Numbered from the stretch's first letter, positions 36,494 through 46,029 are shown. The stretch is 53,980 bases of DNA from Parcubacteria group bacterium (GCA_013204345.1 JABMOB010000002.1:1-53980); one strand, 5' to 3'. The notes: generated from the sequence alone by a model not told the origin. Made by a program: numbers and translations.

Positions 36494-37102
36494 GTGACTT
36501 ACTGTGCTGTCGGAAACCGCTGTGCTGTTGATTTTACAGATTTACAACTCACAATCCCCCCAGATAAATGTCTAGAAATTCTTAGGCAAAAAGGGTTTCG
36601 AGAGATTAAAGTTAATCTCGTAGAACTCGCCCGTAAATGTGTCAGCGTTTCAAAATATCGGCGAGGTGCCAGACTGGATGAATCACCACAAGTGTTTGAT
36701 TGCTCAAGTTTTATAAAGTGGCTTTACGGCCAAAAAGGCATCTGGTTGCCACGCCGTGGGATACAACAAAGAGAGTTTGGCGTTCCGGTAAACCGCGAGA
36801 AAATTAAGGCTGAAGACCTTGTATTTGTCTCTGGTTATATTGATTACTACTCCACAAACCCTAAGGACGGTGTCGGGCATATCGGTATAGCTACTGGTGA
36901 CGGGACAATTATTCACGCCGCCAACAGCAAGTTGGGTGTAATCGAAAGTTCTTTCGAAGATTTTGTGAGCAAGGGGTTTAGAGGAATAAGACGAATTGTC
37001 CCAGATGGACACCTTGTCCATACACTCATTACCCCAGACGAACGCGGAGTAGAATGGTCTGACGATATTCGCTGGATTATTCTCCAAGAACCGCGAAAAT
37101 AG
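36494..37102 (+). CDS. NlpC/P60 family cysteine hydrolase
   Basis: FDCSSF, LPR...QQ, DLVF, GHIGI, IIHA; SD aaggag. Confidence 0.88.
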   Translation: MTYCAVGNRCAVDFTDLQLTIPPDKCLEILRQKGFREIKVNLVELARKCVSVSKYRRGARLDESPQVFDCSSFIKWLYGQKGIWLPRRGIQQREFGVPVNREKIKAEDLVFVSGYIDYYSTNPKDGVGHIGIATGDGTIIHAANSKLGVIESSFEDFVSKGFRGIRRIVPDGHLVHTLITPDERGVEWSDDIRWIILQEPRK

Positions 37103-37113
37103 TTCTTTGCATC

Positions 37114-37148
37114 AAAAGCCCACGACCCAAAATCGTCGGGCTTTTTTA
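37114..37148. terminator. Bidirectional terminator
   Basis: aaaagcccacga-cccaaaa-tcgtcgggctttttt. Confidence 0.65.
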
Positions 37149-37193
37149 TTTAATCAAAAAAAGAAAAAGCTAAAAATTATTGCTGTTTGTTTT

Positions 37194-37835
37194 TTAAACA
37201 AACAAAGATGCATCAACAGAAACTAGTTTAGACGCTGATGTCTCTGGATGTTTTTTTAAATATTTGTCCACTAGATCGTACCCCAGAGTATATCCAGTCC
37301 AACGTGGTATTTCGACAGGTTTTGAACCAAAAAACCATAGATTATTATCATATGTAGGTTTGTTCCACTCTTGCACAGCCTTTTTCATAAATATTTTCTT
37401 CTGTTCAGGAGTCAATGCGCAAGAATAGGGTGACGGTTTTGTCCTACCAACTACTTCCATAGCAAAACGATCCGCTAGTCCTTCAAAAACGAGTGCTTCA
37501 AGCAAAGTATCACCCTCTACAGATTTCTGCCAGCGAATTGTGTGATGAAATTCATGGGAGAGAATGAATAAAAGTTCTTCTTCGAGAGCTTTCTTAAAAT
37601 TCACATGTCTAGGGTTGAGTGAAATAAAAATTTGATTAGCATTAGGTGTAAAACCACCAATACCGCCTATTTCATCGATAGTTCCTCGCGGATTATCATA
37701 AAATACAATATCCACTTCTTTAATAGGCAACAATTTTTTAACTATATCAGTAGTAGATTGGGCTGTTGACCTCAATTCAGATTCATAAGGCTGTAAATCT
37801 TTTGAGGCAGTAAGAATATGAAAATCGATAGACAT
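37194..37835 (-). CDS. DUF2268-type Zn-dependent protease
   Basis: HEFHH, EGLA..F, W.GY.LGY.LV. Confidence 0.8.
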   Translation of the reverse strand: MSIDFHILTASKDLQPYESELRSTAQSTTDIVKKLLPIKEVDIVFYDNPRGTIDEIGGIGGFTPNANQIFISLNPRHVNFKKALEEELLFILSHEFHHTIRWQKSVEGDTLLEALVFEGLADRFAMEVVGRTKPSPYSCALTPEQKKIFMKKAVQEWNKPTYDNNLWFFGSKPVEIPRWTGYTLGYDLVDKYLKKHPETSASKLVSVDASLFV

Positions 37836-37913
37836 AGAGGGATTATAACATTTATTTTATATAAGTAATTTTGATACTCAGACATTATTCAGAACTTTTG
37901 ATACAATTAAGAA

Positions 37914-38447
37914 ATGATTTATTTTGTAAGACATGGTTTAAGTGAAGCAAACGTTAAAAAGGTTTTTGCTGGTCAGAAAGATGATTCTTTACTAACTGAA
38001 AAAGGCAGAGAGCAGGCAAAAGAAACTGGAAAAGAAATTATTACAAGAAAGCTTTTGATCGAAAGGATCGTTTCCTCACCATCCAAAAGAGCGCTCGAAA
38101 CAGCGGAAATAATAGCGAGGGAAATAAATTTTGATATTTCAAAAATAATTATCGATGATCGCATTACTGAATACGATATGGGAAGTCTTTCGGGTACACC
38201 GTATAATGTAATTTCATCCTCAATTTTGGTGACTGCTGAAGGGACAGAGAATCCGCAGGTTTTCTGCAATCGTATTTGTTCTTGTATAAAAGAATTGGAT
38301 AAATTACATGGGAATACTCTAGTAGTAAGTCATGGCGGTGTAGGCAGAATGTTGGAAACAATTAAAGAAGGTAGAAATGTCGAATTGTTTTATGACACTG
38401 CAATTTTACCGAATGCCTCAATCACTGAGGTTAATTGGATAAAATAA
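37914..38447 (+). CDS. Histidine phosphatase (PGM-like)
   Basis: VRHG.S, SSPSKRA.ETA, VSHGG, NAS. Confidence 0.9.
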   Translation: MIYFVRHGLSEANVKKVFAGQKDDSLLTEKGREQAKETGKEIITRKLLIERIVSSPSKRALETAEIIAREINFDISKIIIDDRITEYDMGSLSGTPYNVISSSILVTAEGTENPQVFCNRICSCIKELDKLHGNTLVVSHGGVGRMLETIKEGRNVELFYDTAILPNASITEVNWIK

Positions 38448-38504
38448 GAAGAGATTCCGTTAATGCGAGAGAGGTATTCTTGGAGAAATAGATTTTATTT
38501 TGAT

Positions 38505-38945
38505 TCATGAAGCTGTACCTGTTTCCCAAAAATCATTATTGTTTTTGATGCTATCGAGAATATCTTTAACCGACTTTTGTGGTTTGAAATTTATTTTTGA
38601 AAAATCTTCCAGCGAGACCCACTCGAAAGCTAGATGATTCTCTTTTGATTTTATGTTGCTGTAATCACTCAGTTTTGTCAGATAAATGTAGAAAACTTCA
38701 TCGTATTTTTTACCCCCTTTCTCATACGCATTCCTTACTTCAGCAACTTTTTTCAAATCCGTGTAATTTTGTCCGATTTCTTCCATCAATTCTCTATCCA
38801 AAGCAATTTCAGGTGATTCACCATCTTCAATATGCCCTCCGGGTAAAAAGTAATGCCCTCCGCCTAGCAAATTTTTACAAAGCAAAATTTTGCCGTCTTT
38901 TACTATTAATGCTCTGACAATTCTTTCTAATTTTATTTCCAACAT
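38505..38945 (-). CDS. NUDIX hydrolase
   Basis: LPGGHIEDGESPEIALDRELMEEIG. Confidence 0.92.
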   Translation of the reverse strand: MLEIKLERIVRALIVKDGKILLCKNLLGGGHYFLPGGHIEDGESPEIALDRELMEEIGQNYTDLKKVAEVRNAYEKGGKKYDEVFYIYLTKLSDYSNIKSKENHLAFEWVSLEDFSKINFKPQKSVKDILDSIKNNNDFWETGTAS

Positions 38946-38946
38946 A

Positions 38947-39429
38947 TTAATTTCTAATTTTACTCAATATGATTTCCACCGTCTCCTCCGGAGTTTGTTC
39001 GGAATTATCAACCACCTCTCCAAAAGCTGGAGAATGTATGCCAATTTTGTAATGATGTTTTATCCTTTCTTGTTCTGAATCTTCCAATTCCCTGTTTCCT
39101 CTGTTTGTGAGTGTTTTTTCAAGTTTTGGTGCGAGAGTGAAGGTGTAAATTTGGGTATTAAGGTCTTTTAGACCATCTATCAGAAAATTATAATTTTTCT
39201 CTGATAAAGGATACGGGACAACTACATTTAGTCCCTCTTTTGAAAAATTCCTAGCTATAGAAACAGCGTTCTCAAGGTTTATTGATATAGATTGATCTAT
39301 TGGCATCCAACCAATCATTTCTCTGAGCGCATCAATCTCTAAAAGTGCAGTATTTGGCAACTTTTCTACCAAAAGTTTTGCAACGGTACTTTTACCAGCA
39401 TTTATTGATCCATTAAGTAATATAATCAT
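38947..39429 (-). CDS. P-loop kinase (TmrB/CPT-like)
   Basis: IILLNGSINAGKST, RG.R lid, DNS.QTPEE. Confidence 0.75.
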   Translation of the reverse strand: MIILLNGSINAGKSTVAKLLVEKLPNTALLEIDALREMIGWMPIDQSISINLENAVSIARNFSKEGLNVVVPYPLSEKNYNFLIDGLKDLNTQIYTFTLAPKLEKTLTNRGNRELEDSEQERIKHHYKIGIHSPAFGEVVDNSEQTPEETVEIILSKIRN

Positions 39430-39474
39430 ATTTATAATTTAACAAATATACACAGAAAAAGCCCCGAAATAGAA

Positions 39475-41271
39475 TTATTCTTGAACAAAACCTTTTACCT
39501 GTAGATTCCAAAGTTTTTGATATATTCCTTCATCTTTAACAATCAGTTCTTCATGTGTACCGTCCTCAACTACCTGGCCATCGTCCATAACAATAATACG
39601 ATCCATTTTGCGGATTGTTGAGAGTCTGTGGGCAATAATAATCGTAGTACGTCCTTTCATAAGAGTGTCCAAAGCATCTTGAATCAGTGCTTCGGAATGA
39701 GAATCTAGACTTGAGGTAGCTTCGTCAAAAATAATTATTGGAGCGTTTTTCAAAATAGCTCGCGCGATAGCAACACGCTGGCGTTCTCCACCGGAGAGCT
39801 TGATACCCCGCTCGCCGACAAACGTCTCGTATTTCAGCGGTAAATCTTCAATAAAATCGTCGCAGTGTGCCAATCGTGCAGCTAGAAAAACCTCTTCGTC
39901 GGTAGCATCACGCCTACCGTAACGAATATTTTCCATGAGTGTTCGATGAAACAATATAGGGTCTTGTGGCACAAGACTAACATTTAAACGAAGACTGTCC
40001 TGCGTCACTTTGGAAATATTTTGCCCGTCAATTGAGATTTTACCCGATGTCAAATCGTAAAAGCGCAAAATGGTTCTGACAAAAGTCGTCTTACCAGCGC
40101 CAGAATGACCCGCGAGGGCTATTTTCTGACCTGCTGGAATAACAACATTAACATTATCGAGAACTTTTCGTGTTTGATTGAAATTGAATGTAACATCCTT
40201 GAACTCTATCTCACCTTTTTCGACCATCAGAGTTTTTGCACGTGGAATGTCTTTTATTTCGTACGGCAAAGTGATTATTTCTACCAGCTCCTTTGCGTCC
40301 GCCATACTCTCATAAATGTTTCGAATTATTCTATTTAGACCCCAAAGATGACCTGCTAAATCTATAATATACACCTGTATCAAAACAAAAGTACCTATAG
40401 TCATAAGGCCCTTACCCCAGAAAAAGATAGCATAATAGAAAACGAAAAACTCTACAGCAACTATAAATAGCGCCTGTATAGCGTCGGCGATTTCTCCCAT
40501 TCGCCAAGAAAATAGAGTTTTATTGGCCTGATCGCCGGTAATTTCCTTGAAAGAGTCTACTTCTCCTTTATATCCAGTAAAAAGGGTGACGGTATTGTGA
40601 TTGGTGATACTATCTGAAACAAACCCTGTAGTGCGCGAGTCTGCGGCGGCGGCACTTACATCATACTTCATTTTCCAACGAGAAAACAAAATACTTATTG
40701 TTATTATACCAACAGCCCAAGCAATAATTATCCAAGAAATAATCGGTAACTCTGTCCATGTGACAACAACCGAGATAACGATGGTCACAAAAAGAGGGAT
40801 GACATTAAAAACCATAGTGTCGGCCAACTTGTCATATGCCCTAGCAAAACGGCTGATTCGCTGGACAAGACTGCCTCCAAAATTGTTTGCGAAAAAATTG
40901 TAGGAATGGAGCATTAAGTAATCAAAAGCGTTCTGTCTCAAACGTGCCATTACTTTTGCGGCAGTTTTATTGTGCAAAAACATACCAACCCTAATCACAA
41001 GCCATCTTATAGCGTTTAAAAGTAGAATAAAATAAATGATGTATATAAGAGTAGGAACTGCAATTACTTTGTCTCCGACCTCACCCAAAATATCAAAAAA
41101 CTGCTTATAGAGAAGGGGTATAAGGGCATTTATGATGGGCGATATCGTAAAAGCAATAAAACTAAACCAAAACAGCACTCGGTGTGGACGAACCCCATCC
41201 CAGATTTTCTTTAATATAAGCCCTGTTGAAACGTTATTTTCACTTTTTCCGATCATAATAGAAAACATCAT
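39475..41271 (-). CDS. ABC exporter, fused permease/ATPase
   Basis: TM domain, GHSGAGKTT, LSGGERQR, DEATSSLD. Confidence 0.95.
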   Translation of the reverse strand: MMFSIMIGKSENNVSTGLILKKIWDGVRPHRVLFWFSFIAFTISPIINALIPLLYKQFFDILGEVGDKVIAVPTLIYIIYFILLLNAIRWLVIRVGMFLHNKTAAKVMARLRQNAFDYLMLHSYNFFANNFGGSLVQRISRFARAYDKLADTMVFNVIPLFVTIVISVVVTWTELPIISWIIIAWAVGIITISILFSRWKMKYDVSAAAADSRTTGFVSDSITNHNTVTLFTGYKGEVDSFKEITGDQANKTLFSWRMGEIADAIQALFIVAVEFFVFYYAIFFWGKGLMTIGTFVLIQVYIIDLAGHLWGLNRIIRNIYESMADAKELVEIITLPYEIKDIPRAKTLMVEKGEIEFKDVTFNFNQTRKVLDNVNVVIPAGQKIALAGHSGAGKTTFVRTILRFYDLTSGKISIDGQNISKVTQDSLRLNVSLVPQDPILFHRTLMENIRYGRRDATDEEVFLAARLAHCDDFIEDLPLKYETFVGERGIKLSGGERQRVAIARAILKNAPIIIFDEATSSLDSHSEALIQDALDTLMKGRTTIIIAHRLSTIRKMDRIIVMDDGQVVEDGTHEELIVKDEGIYQKLWNLQVKGFVQE

Positions 41272-41286
41272 ACCTTAAAATTAATA

Positions 41287-41320
41287 AAAATCCCACGAAC
41301 ACGTTGTCCGTAGGGATTTG
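41287..41320 (-). terminator. Terminator after sigma factor gene
   Basis: aaatccctacgg-acaacgtg-ttcgtgggattttt on minus strand. Confidence 0.6.
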
Positions 41321-42289
41321 TCAGCAAGCTTTTTTTCGCCGCCGACCTCTGAACCGAGATGGGTCAAGCCCAAACTTTGCCCTCAACTTGTTTAGAGCGA
41401 TTGTTTCATACTGTCTAATTCGTTCGCGCGTGACACCACCATATTCGGAGATTTCTTTCAAAGAAACCGAGTCGCCATTAGCCAAACCAAATCTATCTGA
41501 CAAAATCATTTTTTCCAAATCTGTCAGATCTGTTTTGGGGTCGCGACAAGGTTGTTCCAAAAAATCCCAAAGCATATCTACATCTTCACGTGCAATTACC
41601 AAGCCAGGTAGAGACGCACCTTCTTGAGGTATACGACTTGCCATCGTATCATCAGTTTTTTTATTCTCTTTGTTGTAAGAAAATGGAACTCTAAAAACTG
41701 CTCGCACCACGGAAACTGATGTTTTTAAGTAATCAGCCAATTCTTCCAAAGAAGGCTCTCGTCTCAGTTCCTTCAGTAAATCTTTTCGGGCACTTTGACA
41801 TTTTGTCCCAAAGCCACAAGGAACGCGTATCATCCTTTTTTGTTCGCTTATTTTTCTTACAATAGCCTGCTTAATCCACACAGAAGCATACGTAGAAAAT
41901 CTCACATCAAACTTACTGGGATTAAACTTCTCTGCGGCTCGAACTATTCCAAACATACTACCTATATGCATCAAATCAGTAAAGCTGAGAAAATTTTGTG
42001 TCTTGTAATATTTTTTAGCGATTTTAAACACCAATCTCATATTACAACGGATCAATTCATCTCTAGCGGCCAAGCTAGTAGATTCACATTCATGGCTTTG
42101 AAACACAGTGATCAATTCTCGCTCCCTCTTCTTGGAAAGAAGTGGGTGTCTACAAAGTTGACTTATATACCTTGTGCTAACATCATTGATAGAATTTGAA
42201 GGTTTCTTCGAGACTTTTTTCTGTTTTTGCTTATCTACGATCTTAGACCTTTTAGCCTTTTTTGAGACATTTTCCATCCCTAACCCCAT
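41321..42289 (-). CDS. Alternative sigma70 factor (RpoD/RpoS-like regions 1.2-4, no region 1.1)
   Basis: PLLS...E, NMRLV..IAKKY, AEKF.P....RFSTYA..WIKQAI, RMIRVP, RFGL, TRERIRQ.E..AL.KLR. Confidence 0.88.
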   Translation of the reverse strand: MGLGMENVSKKAKRSKIVDKQKQKKVSKKPSNSINDVSTRYISQLCRHPLLSKKRERELITVFQSHECESTSLAARDELIRCNMRLVFKIAKKYYKTQNFLSFTDLMHIGSMFGIVRAAEKFNPSKFDVRFSTYASVWIKQAIVRKISEQKRMIRVPCGFGTKCQSARKDLLKELRREPSLEELADYLKTSVSVVRAVFRVPFSYNKENKKTDDTMASRIPQEGASLPGLVIAREDVDMLWDFLEQPCRDPKTDLTDLEKMILSDRFGLANGDSVSLKEISEYGGVTRERIRQYETIALNKLRAKFGLDPSRFRGRRRKKAC

Positions 42290-42396
42290 GTGTTGGTTTT
42301 TTGTTGTTTGTTAAAAGAACGCCCTAAAACAGCTTATACTTGTGACATTAAAAAGTCTAGCGACTTAAATGTCTTACCGAGTTTAGAATATTTTTA

Positions 42397-43017
42397 TTAG
42401 GCAACGTCCTCTACTTTTTCCGGCTTAGGCTTTCTGTCTCTTTTCTTTTTCTCTTTCTTGGTAGCTTCTTCTGCTTCAGCTTTTTTGAAAGGAAAACCTA
42501 GGTGATCAAAAAATGCCCGAGCCTCATCTTTGTTTTTTGCGGTAGTGACTATAGTGACAGCTAATCCAAAAACATCTTTGAGTTCTTCGTCTGTTGTTTC
42601 TGGAAAAATCGTGTTCTCACGAATACCTAATGTATAGTTACCCATAGGATCAATTCCTTTTGAAGAAATACCTCGAAAATCTTTTGTTCGTGGAAGTGCG
42701 ACGTTTATAAGTCTATCCAAAAAATCATACATTCTTTTCCCTCGAAGGGTTGTCTGGAAACCTACAGGATCACCCTCTCTAACCTTGAAAGTTGCGATTG
42801 AAACTTTCGCACCCTTTTTTGCGGCTTTTTGACCTGTAATTTTGGTCAATTTCTCAGCGACAAGATCAATTTTCTTTTTGTCTTTGAATGAGCCGACACC
42901 AGAAGAAACAACCAACTTTACAATTTTTGGTGCCTGCATTTTGTTGGTATAACCTCGAGTGGCTTTTAGAGCCTCAAATGCTTTGTCGTTTTTTTCTTTT
43001 ATGGAAATTGTTTTCAT
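42397..43017 (-). CDS. rplE: 50S ribosomal protein L5 (basic C-terminal tail)
   Basis: ITGQK, SIATFKVREG, TLRGKRMYDFL, LPRTKDFRG. Confidence 0.98.
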   Translation of the reverse strand: MKTISIKEKNDKAFEALKATRGYTNKMQAPKIVKLVVSSGVGSFKDKKKIDLVAEKLTKITGQKAAKKGAKVSIATFKVREGDPVGFQTTLRGKRMYDFLDRLINVALPRTKDFRGISSKGIDPMGNYTLGIRENTIFPETTDEELKDVFGLAVTIVTTAKNKDEARAFFDHLGFPFKKAEAEEATKKEKKKRDRKPKPEKVEDVA

Positions 43018-43022
43018 ATTTT

Positions 43023-43328
43023 TTACAAACTAACTCCGCTTTTCTTGCTAACCCTTATATTCTTTCCGTCAACATTTTTTATTCCTACACGGGAAGGCTT
43101 ACCGGTTTTTGGATCAACGATCATTACATTTGAAACATGTATAGGTAAAGCTTTATCAACAATCTGACCCTTCTGATCACTTTTGGTCGCTTTTTTATGA
43201 ACCTTTTTAACATTTACACCCGCAAGAAGAATTTTATTTTCTTCAGGAAAAGCTCTCAAAACTTTACCTGTTTTGCCTTTATCCTTTCCGGTAATCACTA
43301 TTACATTGTCATCTTTTCTGATTTTCAT
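43023..43328 (-). CDS. rplX: 50S ribosomal protein L24
   Basis: VIVITGKDKGKTGKV, PIHVSNV. Confidence 0.98.
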   Translation of the reverse strand: MKIRKDDNVIVITGKDKGKTGKVLRAFPEENKILLAGVNVKKVHKKATKSDQKGQIVDKALPIHVSNVMIVDPKTGKPSRVGIKNVDGKNIRVSKKSGVSL

Positions 43329-43330
43329 AT

Positions 43331-43537
43331 ATTTTCTTAACGAGCAAAGCGAGTTTTAGAAAATAATGACCCTGTTAAATAACATTTGATGTTATATGGG
43401 CAAAATCTTCTATTCTCTCTGTACTCTTTGTATATTACATATTACTCATTATTAGTTTTTTATCAAATGTTAGTTTTTAAATAATAATTTAAAAACTATT
43501 TAACGGGGTGTGAACATTATAGTCGCTCCGCTCCTTA
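43331..43537 (-). repeat. CCCTGTTAAAT repeat, long form (rplN-rplX)
   Basis: Core 43369-43509; arms match copies at 5891 and 47375. Confidence 0.9.
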
Positions 43538-43542
43538 ATGTT

Positions 43543-43914
43543 CTACACTACTTCTGGGGCTTTAGAAATTATTGTTTGGAAACCTAATTCTGCAATTTCT
43601 CTAGGAATAGGACCGAAGATTCTACCTGCGATAGGTTCATTTTTCTCTTTTTCTAAAATAACAACAGCATTTTCATCAAAACGAATGTACGAACCGTCTT
43701 TCCTTCGAAAAGGAACTTTTTGTCGAACCACAACGGCACGTAAAACATCTTTCTTTTTTACTGTTTTTCTAGGTTGAGCTTTTTGAACAGACAAAATAAC
43801 AAAATCTCCAATACGAGCATATCTCTTTTTTGAACTACCAAGAACCTTAAAAACCCTACCGATAGTTCCTCCAGAGTTGTCAGATATTTTTACAATAGAT
43901 TGTGGTTGAATCAT
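43543..43914 (-). CDS. rplN: 50S ribosomal protein L14
   Basis: MIQPQS...DNSG, RKDGSYIRFDENA, RIFGPI.RE, APEVV. Confidence 0.98.
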   Translation of the reverse strand: MIQPQSIVKISDNSGGTIGRVFKVLGSSKKRYARIGDFVILSVQKAQPRKTVKKKDVLRAVVVRQKVPFRRKDGSYIRFDENAVVILEKEKNEPIAGRIFGPIPREIAELGFQTIISKAPEVV

Positions 43915-43918
43915 GTTT

Positions 43919-44188
43919 TTATATTACTTTAAAATGCTTGTCTTTTGATATTGGAGCGACTTCAACAATACTCACAGTTTCACCTTCTTTTTTTGTATTT
44001 CCAGTATCGTGTGCTTTATATCGTTTGCTTACTTGAAAATATTTACCGTATTTAGGATGCTTCACAAAACGGTTCACGGATACAACGATCGTGTCTTTCA
44101 TTTTTGTGGACACAACCTTACCCGAAAGAACCTTACCTTTTGAAGATGTCGGTTTCTCTGTATTTTGTTTTGTTTCTGTGTTTTTCAT
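43919..44188 (-). CDS. rpsQ: 30S ribosomal protein S17
   Basis: GKVVSTKMKDTIVV, HPKYGK, KAHD, PISKDK. Confidence 0.97.
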   Translation of the reverse strand: MKNTETKQNTEKPTSSKGKVLSGKVVSTKMKDTIVVSVNRFVKHPKYGKYFQVSKRYKAHDTGNTKKEGETVSIVEVAPISKDKHFKVI

Positions 44189-44194
44189 GTATTT

Positions 44195-44250
44195 AACTTT
44201 ATGGACATTATAGACCTGTCTGCCGCGCTCGGCACAGGCAGGCTTTGGCT
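44195..44250 (-). repeat. AAAGTC repeat with nested CCTGCCTG..CAGACAGG hairpin after rpmC
   Basis: TAG-CCAAAG[CCTGCCTGTGCCGAGCGCGGCAGACAGG]TCTATAATGTCCATAAAGTT. Confidence 0.7.
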
Positions 44251-44425
44251 ACTTCTTATTCAATTCTGTCAAAATCCTAGCAATATCTTTTCGCAAAGCT
44301 TTACCCTCTTTTACATTTCTAGTCTTGCTCCCAGCGATACTGAAACGAAAATTCTTTAAAGCGACCCTCTTATCCTCAAGAGTTTTGACCAATTCGTTTT
44401 CTTTTTTATCTTTAAATTCTGACAT
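44249..44425 (-). CDS. rpmC: 50S ribosomal protein L29
   Basis: NFRFS...RKDIARILTELN; between rplP and rpsQ. Confidence 0.93.
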   Translation of the reverse strand: MSEFKDKKENELVKTLEDKRVALKNFRFSIAGSKTRNVKEGKALRKDIARILTELNKK

Positions 44426-44475
44426 AACATTTGGTAACCTATCATTAATCACCCACTATTTCAAGTGCACAGACC

Positions 44476-44901
44476 TTAAAACATATCTCTAGAAATCACC
44501 TTGGATTTTACAGGTAATTTTGTACCTGCCTTCCTCAAAGCTTCTCGGGCCACCTCTTCTGTGGCGCCGTCGCACTCAAAAATGACCCTCCCTGGCTTTA
44601 CGGGGACATGGTAACCCTGTGGGTCACCTTTCCCTTTTCCAAGCTTCACCTCGGCTGGTTTTGCTGTGTATGGCATATCTGGGAAAATTCTAATCCAAAT
44701 CTTTCCTGTCTTACCAAGAGTCCTAGAAAGAACTTTTCTGGCAGATTCGATTTGATTTGATCTGATTCTAAAAGGAGTTGTTGCTTTTAGACCAAATGAG
44801 CCAAAAGCAAGAGTTGTGGCACGGGAAGCAACTCCAATTTTATTTGGATTCTTTCTCATTGTGTGCCATTTTCTATGTTTTACTTTCTTTGGTAGTAACA
44901 T
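44476..44901 (-). CDS. rplP: 50S ribosomal protein L16
   Basis: MLLPKKVKHRK, QIESAR, WIRIFPD, GKGKG. Confidence 0.98.
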   Translation of the reverse strand: MLLPKKVKHRKWHTMRKNPNKIGVASRATTLAFGSFGLKATTPFRIRSNQIESARKVLSRTLGKTGKIWIRIFPDMPYTAKPAEVKLGKGKGDPQGYHVPVKPGRVIFECDGATEEVAREALRKAGTKLPVKSKVISRDMF

Positions 44902-44910
44902 GTTGGTAAA

Positions 44911-45579
44911 TTATACTTTCGGTTTATCATCAAAAATATCTCCTTTGTATATCCGAACTTGGATACCAATTTTTCCATAGGCAAGACGTGCTTCATATCG
45001 GGCAAAATCAACATCCGCACGAAAAGTCTGAAGAGGGACACGTCCTTTCTTCAACTTTTCTTTTCGTGACATATCCGCACCGCCAAGACGTCCCGAGAGT
45101 TGGATCTTTACACCCAAAACTTCTTTATTTGCCATAACTTTTTCTACTGCCTGCTTTACAACCCTACGGAAAGGCATACGTTTTTCCAAACCTTCAGAAA
45201 CCATCTGAGCTACAATGGAAGCGTTTGATTCTGGGTATCGAATCTCTTTGATATCGAGCTTAACTTCCTCACTACAAGAAAGACCTCCCCTTTCCAACAT
45301 CGCCATAATGTCATTTTTGAGTTTGACCGCACCTTCACCGTTCCGACCGATAAGTATGCCGGGGCGGGAAGTTTCTATGATAATTCGAAGAGTTTTTTGG
45401 CTTCTCTCCATTTCAATATTACTTATAAAGAAACCTCGGAATTTCTTTTCTAAATATTCACGTAGAAGTACATCACTTTTTAGAAATTCTTTATACTTTC
45501 CTTTTACACCAAACCATCGAGATTTCCAATCTCTAATAATTCCTAATCTATGTGAATATGGGTGGACTGTATGGGACAT
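44911..45579 (-). CDS. rpsC: 30S ribosomal protein S3
   Basis: VHPYSHRLGI..W.SRW, RPGILIGR.G, SGRLGGA, GRVPLQTFRA. Confidence 0.98.
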   Translation of the reverse strand: MSHTVHPYSHRLGIIRDWKSRWFGVKGKYKEFLKSDVLLREYLEKKFRGFFISNIEMERSQKTLRIIIETSRPGILIGRNGEGAVKLKNDIMAMLERGGLSCSEEVKLDIKEIRYPESNASIVAQMVSEGLEKRMPFRRVVKQAVEKVMANKEVLGVKIQLSGRLGGADMSRKEKLKKGRVPLQTFRADVDFARYEARLAYGKIGIQVRIYKGDIFDDKPKV

Positions 45580-45603
45580 GGATAATTAATTTAAAATTAC
45601 AAA

Positions 45604-46029
45604 TTATGAATTATCAATTTTAGCTTTTGATTCTTTTTTCGAAGCTGTTTTTGTTTTTGAATCTGACTTTACAGACTTTACAGACTTTGCACTTTCGACT
45701 CTCGGTTCGAGCACGACCGAGATATGGCTTGTTCTCTTGCGCATAGGATGAGCTCGTCCACGAGATGCTGGAAGCCTTCTATATAAAATAGATCCGCCAT
45801 CTACTCTAATTTCTTTTATAAAAAGATTTGAAATATCAATATTTAAATTTTTTGCGTTTGAAACAGCTGATTCTATAAGACACTTCAGCGGAAGACCCGC
45901 TTTTTTGTCCAGAAATTTTAGAGACTGAATCGCAACATCAACTTTTTTCCCTCTAACAAAATTGGCAACAACACGAACTTTTCGCGGAGAGTGTCTATAA
46001 TTTTGCAATGTTGCTGTAGCTGTGCTCAT
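45604..46029 (-). CDS. rplV: 50S ribosomal protein L22 with repeat-derived C-terminal tail
   Basis: SPRKVRVVA, SAVSNA, RGRA...RKRTSHI; tail ESAKSVKSVKSD. Confidence 0.97.
   Translation of the reverse strand: MSTATATLQNYRHSPRKVRVVANFVRGKKVDVAIQSLKFLDKKAGLPLKCLIESAVSNAKNLNIDISNLFIKEIRVDGGSILYRRLPASRGRAHPMRKRTSHISVVLEPRVESAKSVKSVKSDSKTKTASKKESKAKIDNS

Noticed and set aside
15541-42396. Accessory block as an integron cassette array or prophage
   Set aside because: Mixed gene orientations, no recurring attC-like sites, and no integrase or phage structural genes recognised.
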